A DNA stretch of 64,000 bases from Octopus vulgaris (lineage: Eukaryota). Below, piece by piece: positions 13,773 to 28,607 of this stretch. Below the pieces are notes generated by a model. That model saw only the letters and a list, made by a program, of their open reading frames with translations, made no database searches and had not been told where the DNA came from. Position 1 is the stretch's first letter. Each line of letters starts with the position of its first letter. Location of the stretch: assembly GCA_951406725.2 (NCBI GenBank), contig OX597836.1, positions 25,668,001 through 25,732,000 of the forward strand, read 5' to 3'. The translations under genes and the position numbers were made by a program.

Positions 13773-14560
13773 TACATAAACAATTAAATATAAAATACAT
13801 GAGGAGAGAAAACAGAAAATTGGATCTGAAATGGACTTAGACGCCTTATATCATATTGTTAAGCAGGAACAATACAGTAAACCCACACAAACAGATTTCA
13901 AACAAAAAGGAAAAAATAAATAATATAAAAGAATTATCTTACTGTGGCTTGTTTGAATATCACTTTTTTTTTATTGTTAGTGAATTTGGTCAATTGACTA
14001 ACAATTAAGAAGTGAAGTTATAATTGGTGTAATGATCGCCCCAAGATACAAGATTTGTTTCAACACACAAATTCGCACAAAGAATCTTGCGAAACAAATA
14101 CAAAAAAAAAAAAACCAAAACAGGTAAAAGAATTATTTTCAACAGAGTTGCTGAAGTTTAGAGTTAACTAACAAAACAAACAAGGAAAACGAAAGGAAAA
14201 AGAAGAGAAGAGAAACGAAAACCGCTTTAAACAAATCTCATAAAATACGTAAGTTGACTTTCAACAGAGGCAGTTGAACTGTGTTCGACTGGACAGAAAA
14301 CTGGGAGGTGAACCATGTTGTACTTCCGAATAGAATTCATTATAACAAAAAGATATGAACGAAAAGGAACATACTTAGTTCTGTGTGATGTTAAATCGCG
14401 AAACGAACGTTTCCGCAAAATATTATGTTCAGGTATTATGCAGGCTCAGGTAAAGTCGCATGGTCAGCAAGAACAAGTCCGAATTATTTTGTATGTATAT
14501 ATATGGGTTCCTTGAGAGCGGTCAGCTAAAAGTTTTTTGTGCATTTTGATGACATAAGTT

Positions 14561-14655
14561 CCTTGATTTTCCTGATGAGAAATCTGCATAATGTACTCCT
14601 TATTCCTTCGGAATTAGGAATATGCAGCCTTCGAAACATATGTCGAGAATAAAGG
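14561..14655 (+). ncRNA. Type I hammerhead ribozyme, Penelope-type with long stem II
   Basis: CCUUGAUUUUC CUGAUGA G-AAAUCUGCAUA...UAUGCAGCCUU-C GAAA CAUAUG UC GAGAAUAAAGG. Stem I pairs at 10 of 11 positions, and the GUC triplet is at 14642-14644. Confidence 0.75.
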
Positions 14656-14856
14656 ATATTTGTTAACTAGTCGTTCAACTCCATTCTTTCATATACTTAT
14701 AATTTTAAAATAAACATACAAATTTCCGCACGAAGACACGCAGTCTATGCCCTAGGGACGTAGCTTCAACCGTGTTCTTTCTGATGTGAATTTGCTACCC
14801 AGGTATCGGTTATCTTTCGAATTATCCTTAATAAGATAATTCATTCAACTACTCAA

Positions 14857-14889
<33 letters not shown>

Positions 14890-15599
14890 CATAACAAATA
14901 TAGATCACACACACATATTACAGAGAGGTGTATAAAGGAGGGAAATTTGGAGTACGTTCATGGAAAGAGAAAATGGTATATATATTTAAATCCAACGTGG
15001 TTACACATCGCTGGTCACAATGCTCTTTTGCGTTGTTTTAGCCTTCAAATGACGTCATCCCGCTGGCTAGGCAAGCACGCCAACGATCCCCCTTGATCGA
15101 AGGGTGACTGGAGAAACGTGAAATGAAGTTTTTGGCTTAAGAACACGACACGCCACCCAGTCGAGGAATCGAACCCACAATCTAAAGACCGTGAGTGCAA
15201 CAGCTTAACCAATAGGCTACATGCGTGTATGTTTATGGTTCTTACATAGGAAAAGTTCTTAAGAATAGAAAACTGCTTAGTTGATTTTACACAAGGATCA
15301 ACCTCACAGGAATGGTAGCTTCAAATCAGAAATCCCACGCGAGTTTTCAGTGAAAACTTTAGAATTTTGTTTCAAAGCAGTAATGGTTTGATAAAAAGTA
15401 CGAAACTGTTAGCACCTTGTATGCATGGAGCTAAGTATATTTTGTGTGGTACCATTCTCCTTTAAGTTCCACCTGGTGTGAGAAACGGAAACCTGGGGTT
15501 CGAAACAGTTTTCAAAAATTGCTTTCATGATATTATTTAAATTTACAAAAGCGGCAGGAACTTAGTTGCCAACCCAATATATTATTTATATTATTATTA

Positions 15600-15694
<95 letters not shown>

Positions 15695-15702
15695 TTAATT
15701 TA

Positions 15703-15793
<91 letters not shown>

Positions 15794-16100
15794 TACACGC
15801 ATACTTTCTTGTTTGCATCACCATAGCTACACACACACACACACACATACACATATATAAACCTGTTCCCCAGCCAACTGGCACATAGTTACTCACCTCC
15901 TGAAAGCGGCAGCTGAATTCCTACTTCCTTTAAATAAAGGTTCTATAAAACAATATACGATGAGGTTGTTGCAATTGGGACATTTTTTTTAGCCTACATT
16001 TGTTTGACCACAACTAACCTGAGACCGCACAACAGCAAATTCTCTTTGGCCCCACAAGATAATGCCCGTGTGTTCGCACACCCACACACACATGTACACG

Positions 16101-16186
<86 letters not shown>

Positions 16187-16348
16187 CCTATGTAAATATA
16201 TATACGTACATATATATGAGAGTCTGTTAGTGTATTTCAAAGTAAAACCTAAAATCGAAAACATATTAACACCATGGGAGTAATAGATTAATGGCTCCAC
16301 TCCTAAAGACACACTTCCCTTTGCTATTTTCCCTCCATTTTCTTCTTA

Positions 16349-16424
<76 letters not shown>

Positions 16425-16684
16425 TACATGGTATTAGAGTGTTTCGCTATAGGTCTTGAACTACGCTGACAAATGTTTTATATATAATTTACATTTGGAA
16501 ATATCAACGGCTTCTGTTACAGCTAATTATTATTCATATTGTCTGCTTTGCTCTGAGCCTTAGAGAATTTAAACATAGAAGAATTTTAGCGTGATATCGG
16601 ACTGTATTTCACAGCAATGACGCGGCCAGTCTGCTGGTCGTTGAGTGATGTAATCTTCAACTTGTATACGTACTTACGTACATA

Positions 16685-16890
16685 CAGGCTGGCTCAAAAG
16701 TAGTTTTACAGTTATTCAACTATTGATTTCGTATTCATATGTTAACAGTTTTGATCTTAATTATAAAAAAAAAATTGAAACCATTATTCGATGCTAATTT
16801 AGTTAATTGTAAGATAGAAATTTAAACGTAATAAAATGTTTTAAAAGTAATTTAAATTGATAACTGTAAACCTACTTTTGGGCCATTCTG
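16685..16890. mobile_element. Tc1/mariner-type MITE
   Basis: TA|CAGGCTGGCTCAAAAGTAGTTTTACAGTTAT...ATAACTGTAAACCTACTTTTGGGCCATTCTG|TA, with an AT-rich non-coding interior. A related single terminus lies at ~34484-34512. Confidence 0.7.
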
Positions 16891-17486
16891 TATATGTATG
16901 CGTGCGCGTGTTTATGTATGTATGTATGGAAAGCTTTTATTTTCTTATATTATTCATTAGACTGCGGCCATGCTGGGGCACCGCCTTCAAATATTTTTAG
17001 TCGAATGAATTGAGCCCAGCGCTTATTGTTCTTTGAAACTTGCGATTATATTATCGGTTTCTGTTGCCGAACCGCTCAGTTACGGCGAACTTAAGCATAC
17101 TCATAGCAGTGGTCAAGCGGTGGTGGGTATAAACACAGACACAAAGACACACACGCACACACAAACAACACACACACATATGTTAGAGGCTTCATTCACT
17201 TTCCATCTGGCCAGCCCGTGGCTATAGTAGAATTGTAACGAATCATGAAAGATGTCTTAAAGATTTTCTTTGTTTTCTTATTGCTTTTATGTATGTATGT
17301 ATGTATGTATGTATGTATGTATGTATGTATTCTCTCTCTGTTTATTTTCTCTTATTCTTTTCTGCTGAAGAGCGTAGGCTCGAAACGTGAACAACTTTCT
17401 CATTTTCCCGAGCGTCAAACTAATAAACCTGTTTGTTGTTCATACACCTGTCTTCGTTTTCTGTTGTTCTGTAACTTTCAACTATA

Positions 17487-17547
<61 letters not shown>

Positions 17548-17578
17548 CTGTGTGTGTGTGTGTGTATACATATATAAA

Positions 17579-17633
<55 letters not shown>

Positions 17634-18384
17634 ATATATATATTTATGTGTATATACACACACACACACACACATATGTATATGTATGCCATTTTGTGTA
17701 TATATATATGTGTGTGTGTGTGTTTGTTTGTGGGTGTGTGTGTGTGTGTGTAATGCAGTGTGAATTGAGATGTCAGTAAGTTCTCGGTTCACTTAACGCT
17801 CTTTATGACATCTGTATGTCGTCTCCAATTATCAATTTTATACAAGGGATGCGCGGTTCAATGACCGCTTATCAATCATGTTACAGCCCATCTAATCAAC
17901 CCCTTTATATACATTTCTTCTTCTTCTTCTTCTTCTTCTTCTTCTTCTTCTTCTTCTTCTTCTTCTTCTTCTTCTTCTTCTTCTTCTTCTTCTTCTTCAT
18001 CATTCATCGATTCTCGTGGCAAGAGAAACGGATCAAATTTGGTGCGGATCTGCGCATGGGACCCCACCTTCTATTCCCGAATTATCTCTATGAACAATCG
18101 AACATCATCTCTATATTTTCTCTTTAAGTATCCCAGATCGGGTGAAACGAATATTTCCCCTAGAAGCCAAATTGAACACCAACACCTGACATATTGGGTG
18201 TTTTTCACAATGTCCTCTTTCTTGGAAGCACTTCGTCCTGGTTTCCCTGATTAACAGATTCCCTCCTTGTTTCATTCCAACCTTCCCGAAGGCTCTAATG
18301 AGCAGCGATTCCAAAAAAAAAAAAAAGAAAAATGAAATAAAATGAAATAAGGCGAAGATAAATAAATCAATAAATAAGGGCCCG

Positions 18385-18534
18385 GGCAGACCGGCATTCT
18401 CTTTTGCCGAATCGCTAATGTACGGGGACGTTAACACACCAACACCGTTTCTCAAATCGTGGCAGGGGACAAACACAGACACAATGACACACACACATAA
18501 ACAGAAACACATTCACTAACACACACACACACAC

Positions 18535-18570
<36 letters not shown>

Positions 18571-18736
18571 ACACACACACACAAACGTACAAACACATAT
18601 ACGACGGACTGTTTTCAGTTTCCGTCTACCAAATCCACTCACAAGGCTTTAGCCGGCCCAGAGCTGTAGTAGAAGACACTTACCTACGGTGCCACGCAGT
18701 GGGACAGAACTCGGAACCATGTGGTTTTAGCAGCAA
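18385..18736 (-). mobile_element. SINE family A, partial
   Basis: Reverse-complement match. Other partial copies lie at ~1-265, 16935-17230, 19630-19878, 41485-41535 and 54415-54620. Confidence 0.75.
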
Positions 18737-18947
18737 GTCACTGACCTCCTAACTATTTGACCGATGTTCTAAATACGATTGGCCATTTTCTCCAGGACTC
18801 AACATACAATTAAGATGAAAAAGAAATCCTTGATTGAGATAAACATGCCCAACCCATTCCTCACTAAACAGCGCCGTCCACCATTGGGTCAGTTGATTCG
18901 GGTCACTCATTCCGATATCAAGTGTTTCTCCCCCTTTTCATACAGAA

Positions 18948-18979
<32 letters not shown>

Positions 18980-19147
18980 ACTCACACACACACACACACG
19001 CACACACACACACACACACACGCACACACACACACATCATCATCACCAATGCCGTCAACATCACCATCATCATAATCATCATCGTTGTCATCACTACCAC
19101 CACAGCCGCCGCCACCACTATCATCATCATCGTCATCATCATCATCG

Positions 19148-19186
<39 letters not shown>

Positions 19187-20077
19187 CCATCGTTACCGAC
19201 ATCAATCGCAACACCACGAATTCTACCACCACCACCAGCACCACCAGCACCAACAACAACAACAGTAACAATCGCATTACTGTTGCTTGTAACACCAACG
19301 TTAACAACACTGTTATAACCAACAGCATCATCGCAAACTCTGCAACAGCAACACCACCCCCACCCCCACCACCAACACCCTCACCACCAACACCACCACT
19401 ACCAACACTACCACCACCACCACCACCACCATAAATACTATCAAGACACAGGGCAACCAATGACACGAGCATCACCAGCCGCTGGACTTTCAACACCGTA
19501 GAAGACCTCTATGTGGTCACTCATCTCGCTAGAAAAACCTACCAAATCTCCATCGAATTCTTGTCATCGTCTTCAAAATGGACTTCCTGCAGTCTTAGAT
19601 ATACTTATGTCTATAAAGTAGGACATCATTTCTACAGCATTGGGTCTGTCAAAGCCTTTTGAGTGGATTTGGTAGACGGAAACGGAAAGAAGCCCGTGGT
19701 ATATGCGTTTGTACGTTTGTGTGTATGTGTGTGCATGCGTGTGTGTATGTGTGTGTGTGTCTTTGTGTTTGTGTTTGTCCCCCGCCATGGCTTGACGACC
19801 GGTGTTGGTATGTTACCGCTCCCGTACATTAGCGATTCGGCAAAAGTGAAAGATAGAATAACTAGCAGACTTTAAAAGTGGTTGGAGCAGTTTTGAGTAC
19901 AGAGCTTCTCGAATGAAGAACCGTCGAGTGTCGTATGCACAAAAAAATAAAACCCCAGGTAGGATGGTCACATTAGATTGTCTAAACGACAACGACAGCA
20001 ACATCAGCATTAACCCGCCCAACACCTGTATGACCACCACCATGGTCTACCACCACCCATAGCACAAACACCAACAT

Positions 20078-20121
<44 letters not shown>

Positions 20122-20200
20122 TACCCAACACCAATACGTTGAATGACATCAACGCTAACAGGACCAACGTCGACGCTGCCGCCGCCATTTCTATCTCCCT

Positions 20201-20235
<35 letters not shown>

Positions 20236-20987
20236 ACAACAACAGCAGCAACAACAGCAGAAGTATTAATATAAGCAGCGCCAATTGTGAAAAATTAAAG
20301 AAAAAGATATGGAGGGGTGATGGCGGTGGAGGAAGGGAGGGTGGTAGTGGTGGTGGTGGTGGTGGTGGTGGTGGTAGCGGCGGTGGTGACAGTGGTGGTG
20401 GGAGCAAAACTAGAAAAAGAAAGAAAGAAAGAAAGAAAGAAAAGAAAAAAAAGCTCTGGCAGTCATCGTCACATAGCAACGGTGGTTGGCAGCTCAGATT
20501 GTCCAAGAACTCATAAAAATCGATACTAAACAGTACGTATAGATACACTGTCTATAGTTCGAAGAACTGAGATGATTGCTACGTCATCGAATCAGATTCG
20601 ACATCATGTCTAGCTTCAGCTATCTGTTTGACAACGGAAACCATATACAGACACATATACGTACATACATACATACATACATACATACATACATACATAC
20701 ATACATACATACATACATACATGCATACATGCATACATACATACATACATACATAGCCAGAGAGATATATGTACATTCGTATACGTACATATACATGCAT
20801 ATATATATAGACACGCATAAATATATAAGTATATGCATATTTTTTATATACATATATATACACGCTCATATACTCACGCTCACCAATTTATGTGTGAGTG
20901 TATATATATATGTGTGTGCATGTGTGTGTGTGTTTGTGAGTGTGAGTGTACTTGAGTATAAGTGTGTGTATATATATATATATATAT

Positions 20988-21190
20988 ACCTCGACTATCG
21001 CGGGTGTTACATTCCAAAACCCTCGCGATAAGAGAAAATCTGCGAAGGAGAAATAGTTCAGTATATTTTTTTAAATTATTTCTATAATTTGTATATATTT
21101 ATTTTATTATAAATGTAAAACAACACAACAGAAGAATCGGCCTTCGACGTAAGTTTAAATGATAAATCGCGATTATGGCGGGAATTACTG
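20988..21190. mobile_element. Degenerate Tigger/pogo-like MITE
   Basis: Starts CCTCGACTATCGCGGGTGTTACATTCCAAAAC and ends CGCGATTATGGCGGGAATTACTG, a CAGTA-type terminus. Confidence 0.4.
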
Positions 21191-21218
21191 TGTATATGTG
21201 TGTATGTACATATATATA

Positions 21219-21630
21219 GGCGCAGGAGTGGCTGTGTGGTAAGTAGCTTGCTAACCAACCACATGGTTCTGGGTTCAGTCCCACTGCGTGGCATCTTGGG
21301 CAAGTGTCTTCTGCTACAGCCCCGGGCCGACCAATGCCTTGTGAGTGGATTTGGTAGACGGAAACTGAAAGAAGCCCGTCGTATATATGTATATATATAT
21401 ATATGTATGTATGTGTGTGTCTGTGTTTGTCCCCCTAGCATTGCTTGACAACCGATGCTGGTGTGTTTATGTGCCCGTCACTTAGCGGTTCGGCAAAAGA
21501 GACCGATAGAATAAGTACTGGGCTTACAAAGAATAAGTCCCGGGGTCGATTTGCTCGACTAAAGGCGGTGCTCCTGCATGGCCACAGTCAAATGACTAAA
21601 ACAAGTAAAAGAGTAAAAGAGTAAAAAGAG

Positions 21631-21632
<2 letters not shown>
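21219..21632 (+). mobile_element. tRNA-derived SINE family A, full length, with internal microsatellite
   Basis: A-box TGGCTGTGTGG, B-box GGTTCAGTCC, CORE-like TTGGGCAAGT segment, internal (TA)/(TG) tract and (GTAAAAGA)n tail. There are many copies in the window. Confidence 0.85.
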
Positions 21633-21663
<31 letters not shown>

Positions 21664-21705
21664 GTGTGTGTGTATGTATGTATACATACATACATGCATA
21701 TATAA

Positions 21706-21927
21706 TGAAGGGGGACTGAAAAGTTCCTGGCTTTAAGGGTATCGCAAAAGGCCTGGCTGGGTCCCCAACCTTCTGAGTTCTTTTACAAGGCTTAGAAAAA
21801 CTGAAGAACCGCTGCTATAATTGTGTGAATCTGAGAGAGGAATAACTTGAATAAAATAATATTCATAATTAACTGATCCTCTTGTATTTTCTTTTAACCG
21901 AAGCCAGGGACTTTTCAGCACCCCTTC

Positions 21928-21928
<1 letters not shown>
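21706..21928 (+). mobile_element. ~220-bp mariner-derived MITE (copy 1 of 3)
   Basis: TIRs are GGGG(T)GCTGAAAAGTTCCTGGCTTT. The interior retains a transposase C-terminal tail (LEKLKNRCYNCVNLREE-like). Related copies lie at ~3710-3916 and ~5849-6062. Confidence 0.75.
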
Positions 21929-21958
<30 letters not shown>

Positions 21959-22241
21959 AACATAGTCAATTCAACGAAAAACACTTCAAAAACAAATAAA
22001 AAACGAAGAGGGAAAAGTGAAAAAAAAAATGAAAAGAGAAAGAGTAAAAAGAAGAAACGTGAGGACGTGTACAAAACATATTTGTTTGACGCTCGGTGAA
22101 AGGAGAAAGGTTTTAACGTTTCGAGCCGGGCTCTTCGTCGGAAAGAAGAAAAGGGAAAGTCGAAAGAAGGGAAATTGCCAAAGGTCCACGTGTGGTTACA
22201 TTTCTGAAGTGAGCGGAAGTGGAAGGAGATAGAGAAAATGG

Positions 22242-22280
<39 letters not shown>

Positions 22281-22366
22281 TTGACATCAGGGAATATATA
22301 CACGCAGTCGACATAACCTACAGGCGAACGTTACAGACACAGACACATACATAGATATATATATAT

Positions 22367-22397
<31 letters not shown>

Positions 22398-22727
22398 CAT
22401 GCACATAGGGAAATATATATATCTTACATACACATAGAAATAGACAAATTTATAATTAACGCTGTATATATGTTACGATGACCGACATACCTATATGCAT
22501 ACTGATAGTAATGTTTTATAACATACGCAAATTAGAATAGGAGCACATCTGAGTATAACGAAGAATACATACCTTGCAAGTATTAGTTGATTTGCGCAGA
22601 TGCCCTATGTACTTGCAGCTATATGTATGAAGAAGTGTATATCTGTGTATACATATATAAATACATACATATATAAGCATGTGTATGTATTGTATATATA
22701 CATATATACTTATATTCATATTACTTA

Positions 22728-22771
<44 letters not shown>

Positions 22772-22962
22772 TATATATCTGTATATAGTAAGGGATTACC
22801 CCCAAACCGTTTATCAGTTTTCTCTCAGATAGATGTTCAAATCAGGTTATTTAACAGTTATATAAATCCAGTAATTTTCTCATAAGATAAGGAATTAGAG
22901 GCATATTCCATTGGATAATTCTGAATATATTACCTTAACTATGTAGGTTTCCTGGAATATCA

Positions 22963-23011
<49 letters not shown>

Positions 23012-23171
23012 GGATTATTAGGAAGCGGCATAGAAAGTGCACCGTTATCATTGTAGGGTTGCAATTGCAACGGTTACTAATCGGCTCAGTTGAAACATGT
23101 GTAGGTCTATGTAAAGCTGTATGTATGTATGTATGTATGTATGTATGTATGTATGTATGTATGTATGTATG

Positions 23172-23215
<44 letters not shown>

Positions 23216-23269
23216 TACATATATATACATATATATAACACATATATATATATATATATATACATATAA

Positions 23270-23310
<41 letters not shown>

Positions 23311-23771
23311 CGCATACATATACATACATACTTATACATATTGTGTACTGTTCCTTGATGGTAAGATCAATAAAAAAAGCACTCCATCTGCGATAAATGC
23401 TATTTAATAAACACAGTAAATGTTTCTATGTGCTATCATTAATTTCGTGTGCTCAGAGCATGTCAGTTTTTTTTTAACACCTCTGGTGTTCCATCACAAT
23501 CATCAGGCACTGCTTCCATGGCATAACGAACTAAGAATGGAACGATAAGGTCAGAGAAATAGCGAGAAAAGATGAGAGACAAAATACGAGAAACAAGTAG
23601 ATATAAAATGTGGATGGTTGAAAAATCGGAAAACGAAAAAAAAAAAAAAAACGGAAAGTACCAAAAGTGGGGAATTATAGCTATTTCCCTTTCGGTTGTA
23701 AAATATATGGCTGAAAAGATAGTGGCTTAGTGTATGTAGATCAGTTAAAATCACTTATAACTACATTTTCT

Positions 23772-23828
<57 letters not shown>

Positions 23829-24075
23829 ACTCTCTTCTATATTACTAGATATGTTTTTTTTATTTCCAACAACTCTCGAAATGTCTCCTGATTACAAACT
23901 ATAAATTACAAATTCATTCCAATATAAATTTTCTGTCATTTGATTTCTGTCTGCAGAATTTCGAATAGGAAATATGTTATGTTTTCTCCTACATGTACAA
24001 TTTTGTAACTCCTACTAGCAAATGAAATACTTGTAATGGCAAAACCTTTTTCCAATCTCCTATTTTGAATATAAT

Positions 24076-24144
<69 letters not shown>

Positions 24145-26529
24145 CACACACACACACACATATACATACATATTTAATATGCACCGAACAAAGGTATTAA
24201 ATTGCCGACAGAGTGTCATAGAAGTATGAAACCATGACAGGGGTAGTTGGGTGACTAAACTACTCAAATATGTAATGAGGAAGATTATACTTCAATGAAA
24301 TTGAAATACAGGGCGATCCCCATAGCCCATAGAAAAAGATGACTCTAATGTTTTGGGCAAAATTTTAAAATATTTTTAAAATTATTACAAAAGATGTCAA
24401 GCGTTTTGTAGGGAGCATTCCCCATATTTTGACCCTTCAAAATTTATTCAATATTATGATATATCAGTAAAGAGTGTTTTTATTAAAAGGCTGGTGGGAT
24501 ACATGGAAATTTTAGCGAACCAAAAGAGTACATCCAATGCCTGCTAAGTGATGAGAAAACAGAATTAAATAAAGGAAAATATTACATAAAGCGGGAGAGT
24601 CTAAATTCATCTCTGGCCCTGTTCTTTTCCAGGCTATTCTTAAAAGTAACCTACTTCACAAGCATTTTAATATAGGTGATGTGGCAGTTATATCTGATGA
24701 CGTAGTGGTCATGTCTGCTGTTAACCTTTAGACTATTTATACGCATTCAGGCAGGACATTATCGAATGTGTTTTCTCCCCCATCTGTTTCAAAGCTGCTT
24801 CTAAAAATAATTAAAAGTGAAAATACTTCCTGACAATATGGGAAGAACAAAACAGATGTTACGAAATCTAATTTATAAACGTATCTCTTTCATTTCGTAG
24901 CTTAACAGAAGAATAGCATCTTGAAATGAAATAGTAGACAGAAAATAGTTAAGTTCTTAGAGGACATTGGTACCTGAAGTATTGTACAGTTTTCGTCCAG
25001 CTAGAATCTGTCTCATATCACTTCTACGACTGGACTCTGCGCAGCCTCTAAAATCTTGGTGCAGTATAACTGAATGTGGTAAAAGTTGTCGACAAATTTA
25101 ATCACACACAGATTGTTACTCACAGGTTATCTAATTATAATTTCAAACGTTGGTACAAACCCAGCAAGTTCGCGGTATGGTGCGAGTCGGTTACCTTGAC
25201 CCTTAGTGATCAACTGTTACTTATTTTATCGATTCCGAAAGGATGAAAGGCAAAGTCCACCACGGCGGCATTTGAACTCAGGACTTGAAGTCGGAAGGAA
25301 TGCCGCTAAGCATTTTACCCGGTGCGGTAACTATTCTGCCAGCTCACCAAACTATTTGAACGGTTGAGTGTTTTTTTTTATGGAGAGAAGTCTCAAGTTC
25401 TTACAAGTGGAACCAGTTTGAAAAAGTCAATATTTTCTAAGTGGAAGAAAGGTTAGCCTGCCGGGGGAAATGCTTGACAGCATTTCGTCTGTCTTTACGT
25501 TCTGAGTTCAAATTCCGCCGAGGTCGACTTTAACTTTCATCCTTTCGGGGTCGATAAATTAACTACCAGTTGCGGACGAAGGTCGATCTAATCGATTGGC
25601 CCACCCCCCCAAAAAAAATTTCGGGCCTTGTGTCTAGAGTAGAAAAGAATCGGTAGCATTCCGGGAGGAATGCTTAACGGCATTTCGCCCGCCTATACGT
25701 TCTGAATTCAAATTCCACCGGGGTCGACTTTGTATTTCATCCATTTGAAGTCAATAAATTAAGTACTAGTGAGACACTGGGATCGATGTAATCGACTAGT
25801 CCCTTCCCCACAAATCTCAAGGCCTTGTGCTTTCAGTAGAAAAGAATATTCTGAATGTCGTGTGTACGTCAGCGAATTTTCTTTAATCCCTACTTGTAGT
25901 TGTTCTCTCAGAGCATTTAATCATTCAGTCCTTACATTCGCTCAGACTCTATACTCCGTCACATCCTATATTGCTTCACCATATATTCCTTCAAACCGTA
26001 TACTTTCTCTGGTTATATACTCTTTCAGACATATACTCCTTCAGTAGTACATGAAAACGATAGAAATAATTCAATAGTTCTATGGATCCATAAAATCTAC
26101 GAAGAAGAAAAAATATTAAGTCCCAAGAATTTGGCGAGATGGTGAAAATAACTTTTAATTCAATGCTGGAAGAATCTCAAGAATTCTTCATTCAATTTCA
26201 GAAATTCTTCATCGTTATGCATAGGACCGCCATGACAGATTGCTATCCCCGGCTTAGAATTCGTTCATGATCTGAGTGATATAATGAATAATAATGATGC
26301 AACATTTAATGCATACATTACTACAATAGCAATAATGTGCAGACGATTGGCAATATGACGGAGAATATTTAGAACAATAGAATAATAAGACTTGATTATT
26401 CTTGATTATTGCTCGCAGATATTGAATTCCTCAGAGTGTTAATCTTATTTATGAACGAGGAGCAATACAGAGATCATGCACAAGAAAGATGGTCTCTGGA
26501 GCAACATTTCAACAACTGGGGGGATGGCT

Positions 26530-26680
26530 CTAGGAGAAAAGAACGCAGAGGAAATGCAGTGATTTATATCTGGAAGGTTTGCAACAATCTTTGATATAAA
26601 AAAAAAACAATGCAAACTCTTGAATTGGGCACCAATCCAATGCATAGCACAAACATTTCTATCCAATTCCTCTTTCATTT
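26530..26680 (+). mobile_element. Highly degenerate CR1-group LINE remnant
   Basis: RRKERRGNAVIYIWK resembles the CR1-type ERRRERYAIIYIWKI motif. Confidence 0.4.
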
Positions 26681-27082
26681 ATTCTAAAGAATGAATGCAA
26701 TAAATTGCTGTTTAGACTATAACTTTTCAAGTCCATTCTCAAACATGGGGATCAACATGGCGTAAATATAATTATGTTTAAACAACATCCGACATTAAAA
26801 TCTCTTTGCTCAATGGTTATCATAATCAATGTTTTCACTGTTGTTGGTTTTTAGGCGTGGCCGTGTGGTTAAGAAGCTCTCTTTGCAACCCCATGGTTTC
26901 GGGTTCATCCCCACTGTACGACACCCGGTATGTTTTTATTCGCATAACCTAACGGTTCGGCAAAAGCGACCGATAGAGTAAGCACCAGATTTCGAGAGAG
27001 GGGCTAAGTTGATTACATTGACCCCAGTACTTAGGTTCCCACCACGAACGGGCGAAAGCAAAGTCGACCTCGGTGGAATTTT

Positions 27083-27184
<102 letters not shown>

Positions 27185-27204
27185 TGTATGTATGTATGTA
27201 CAAA

Positions 27205-27510
27205 ACTACTACTTAATTTATCGACCCCGAAAGGATGAAAGGCAAAGTCGATCTCGGCAGAATTTGAACTCAGAACGTAAAGACAGACGAAATACCTATT
27301 TCTTTACTACCCACAAGGGGCTAAACACAGAGGGGACAAACAAGAACAGACAAACGGATTAAGTCGATTATATCGACCCCAGGGCGTAACTGGTACTCAT
27401 TTAATCGATCCCGAAAGGATGAAAGGCAAAGTCGACTTCGGCGGAATTTGAACTCAGAACGTAGCGGCAGACGAAATACCGCCAAGCATCTCCCCCGGCG
27501 TGCTAACGAA
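27205..27510 (-). mobile_element. SINE family B, one near-full plus one partial copy in tandem
   Basis: Reverse-complement match. Further family B or variant copies lie at ~25140-25350, 25455-25850, 36853-36985, 50290-50500, 53745-54040 and 59770-59930. Confidence 0.8.
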
Positions 27511-27515
27511 TATTA

Positions 27516-27598
<83 letters not shown>

Positions 27599-27601
<3 letters not shown>

Positions 27602-27966
27602 GGTGATTCAAAATCGCCATACATAGGAACAATTTATCTTTTTATAAGAAATAGTTTATAAGAAAAGGATTTTTTTTTATTTAACGGGCTCTATATGGTT
27701 ACCATTGTTTTGAATACACATTGCAGTACGTTTACCCCACTCATTGTAAACTCGTAATTGCACATCTGGTGATACGTGTGCAAATGAATTGGTGATGCGT
27801 TCCTTCAAATGATTTATGTCTTTTATCTTTCTGCAATACACCATACCTTTCAAATGTACCCAAAGACAGAAATCAAGAGAGGTCAGATCAGGGGATCTGG
27901 GGGATCTTCTAAACTGCTTTTATAAACAGAATAAATTTTTCCTATGGAAACTTTTGAATCACCCTG
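27599..27966 (-). mobile_element. Deleted Tc1/mariner-superfamily element (DD41D/rosa-like or maT-like)
   Basis: TA|CAGGGTGATTCAAAA...TTTTGAATCACCCTG|TA, a 15-bp TIR. The minus strand encodes PRSPDLTSLDFCLWVHLKGMVY...HLKERITNSF...CIQNNGNHIE*. Confidence 0.85.
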
Positions 27967-28159
27967 TATATATAATTATATTTATATTATCATATATTAC
28001 ATATATTATATTAAATATATCATTATATATGCTGTTATATATCGCCATCATTACTCACCGAAATTGATACCGATCTGTCCCCTGAGGAGAATAATCTTCC
28101 ACACAACACGTCCTCCACGATAATCTTCGACCCGGCACAATTACTTTCTACATTCCACG

Positions 28160-28437
28160 CTCACCAAAATAATTTTCCACACATCACACACGCCACAGTA
28201 ATCTTCCACACACACACTGCACTCACCGAAATCATTTTCCACCTACCCACGTTACTCTTCCACACACACACACACTACACTCACCGACATCATTTTCCAC
28301 CTATCCACGTTACTCTCCCACACAAACACACTGCACTCACCTACATCATTTTCCACCTATCCACGTTACTCTTCCACACACACACAACACTCACCGACAT
28401 CATTTTCCACCTACCAACGTTACTCTTCCACACACCA
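28160..28437. repeat. Minisatellite, ~55-bp unit with variable (CA)n, 4 good plus 1 degenerate copies
   Basis: CTCACCGACATCATTTTCCACCTATCCACGTTACTCTTC followed by (CA)n, repeated. Confidence 0.85.
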
Positions 28438-28551
28438 CTTGCACCCAGACGGAAACTAAACTCCAGATGCGAACTTGTGTAAGTTTGGATCAGAGTGGCT
28501 GACAGTCTGAACAACAGCAACAAAAACAACAACAACAACAACAACCACCAA

Positions 28552-28607
<56 letters not shown>

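Noticed and set aside
15897-15942. 46-nt minus-strand segment with tttatag and gtgagt splice-like ends
   Set aside because: The in-phase translation (NLYLKEVGIQLPLSG) is not ankyrin-like and would shift the frame, so it is probably a pseudo-exon.
22573-22620. Minus-strand GHLRKSTNTCK|gtatgt as an ankyrin exon
   Set aside because: It has a good donor but no convincing acceptor and only a 4-residue resemblance.
24694-24720. Isolated CTGATGA boxes (also ~53654 and minus ~29412)
   Set aside because: No stem II-GAAA-NUH follows, so these are chance matches.
26600-26678. Minus-strand LDRNVCAMHWIGA as the next ankyrin exon
   Set aside because: There is no polypyrimidine acceptor, ankyrin spacing is wrong, and it overlaps a plus-strand CR1-like remnant.
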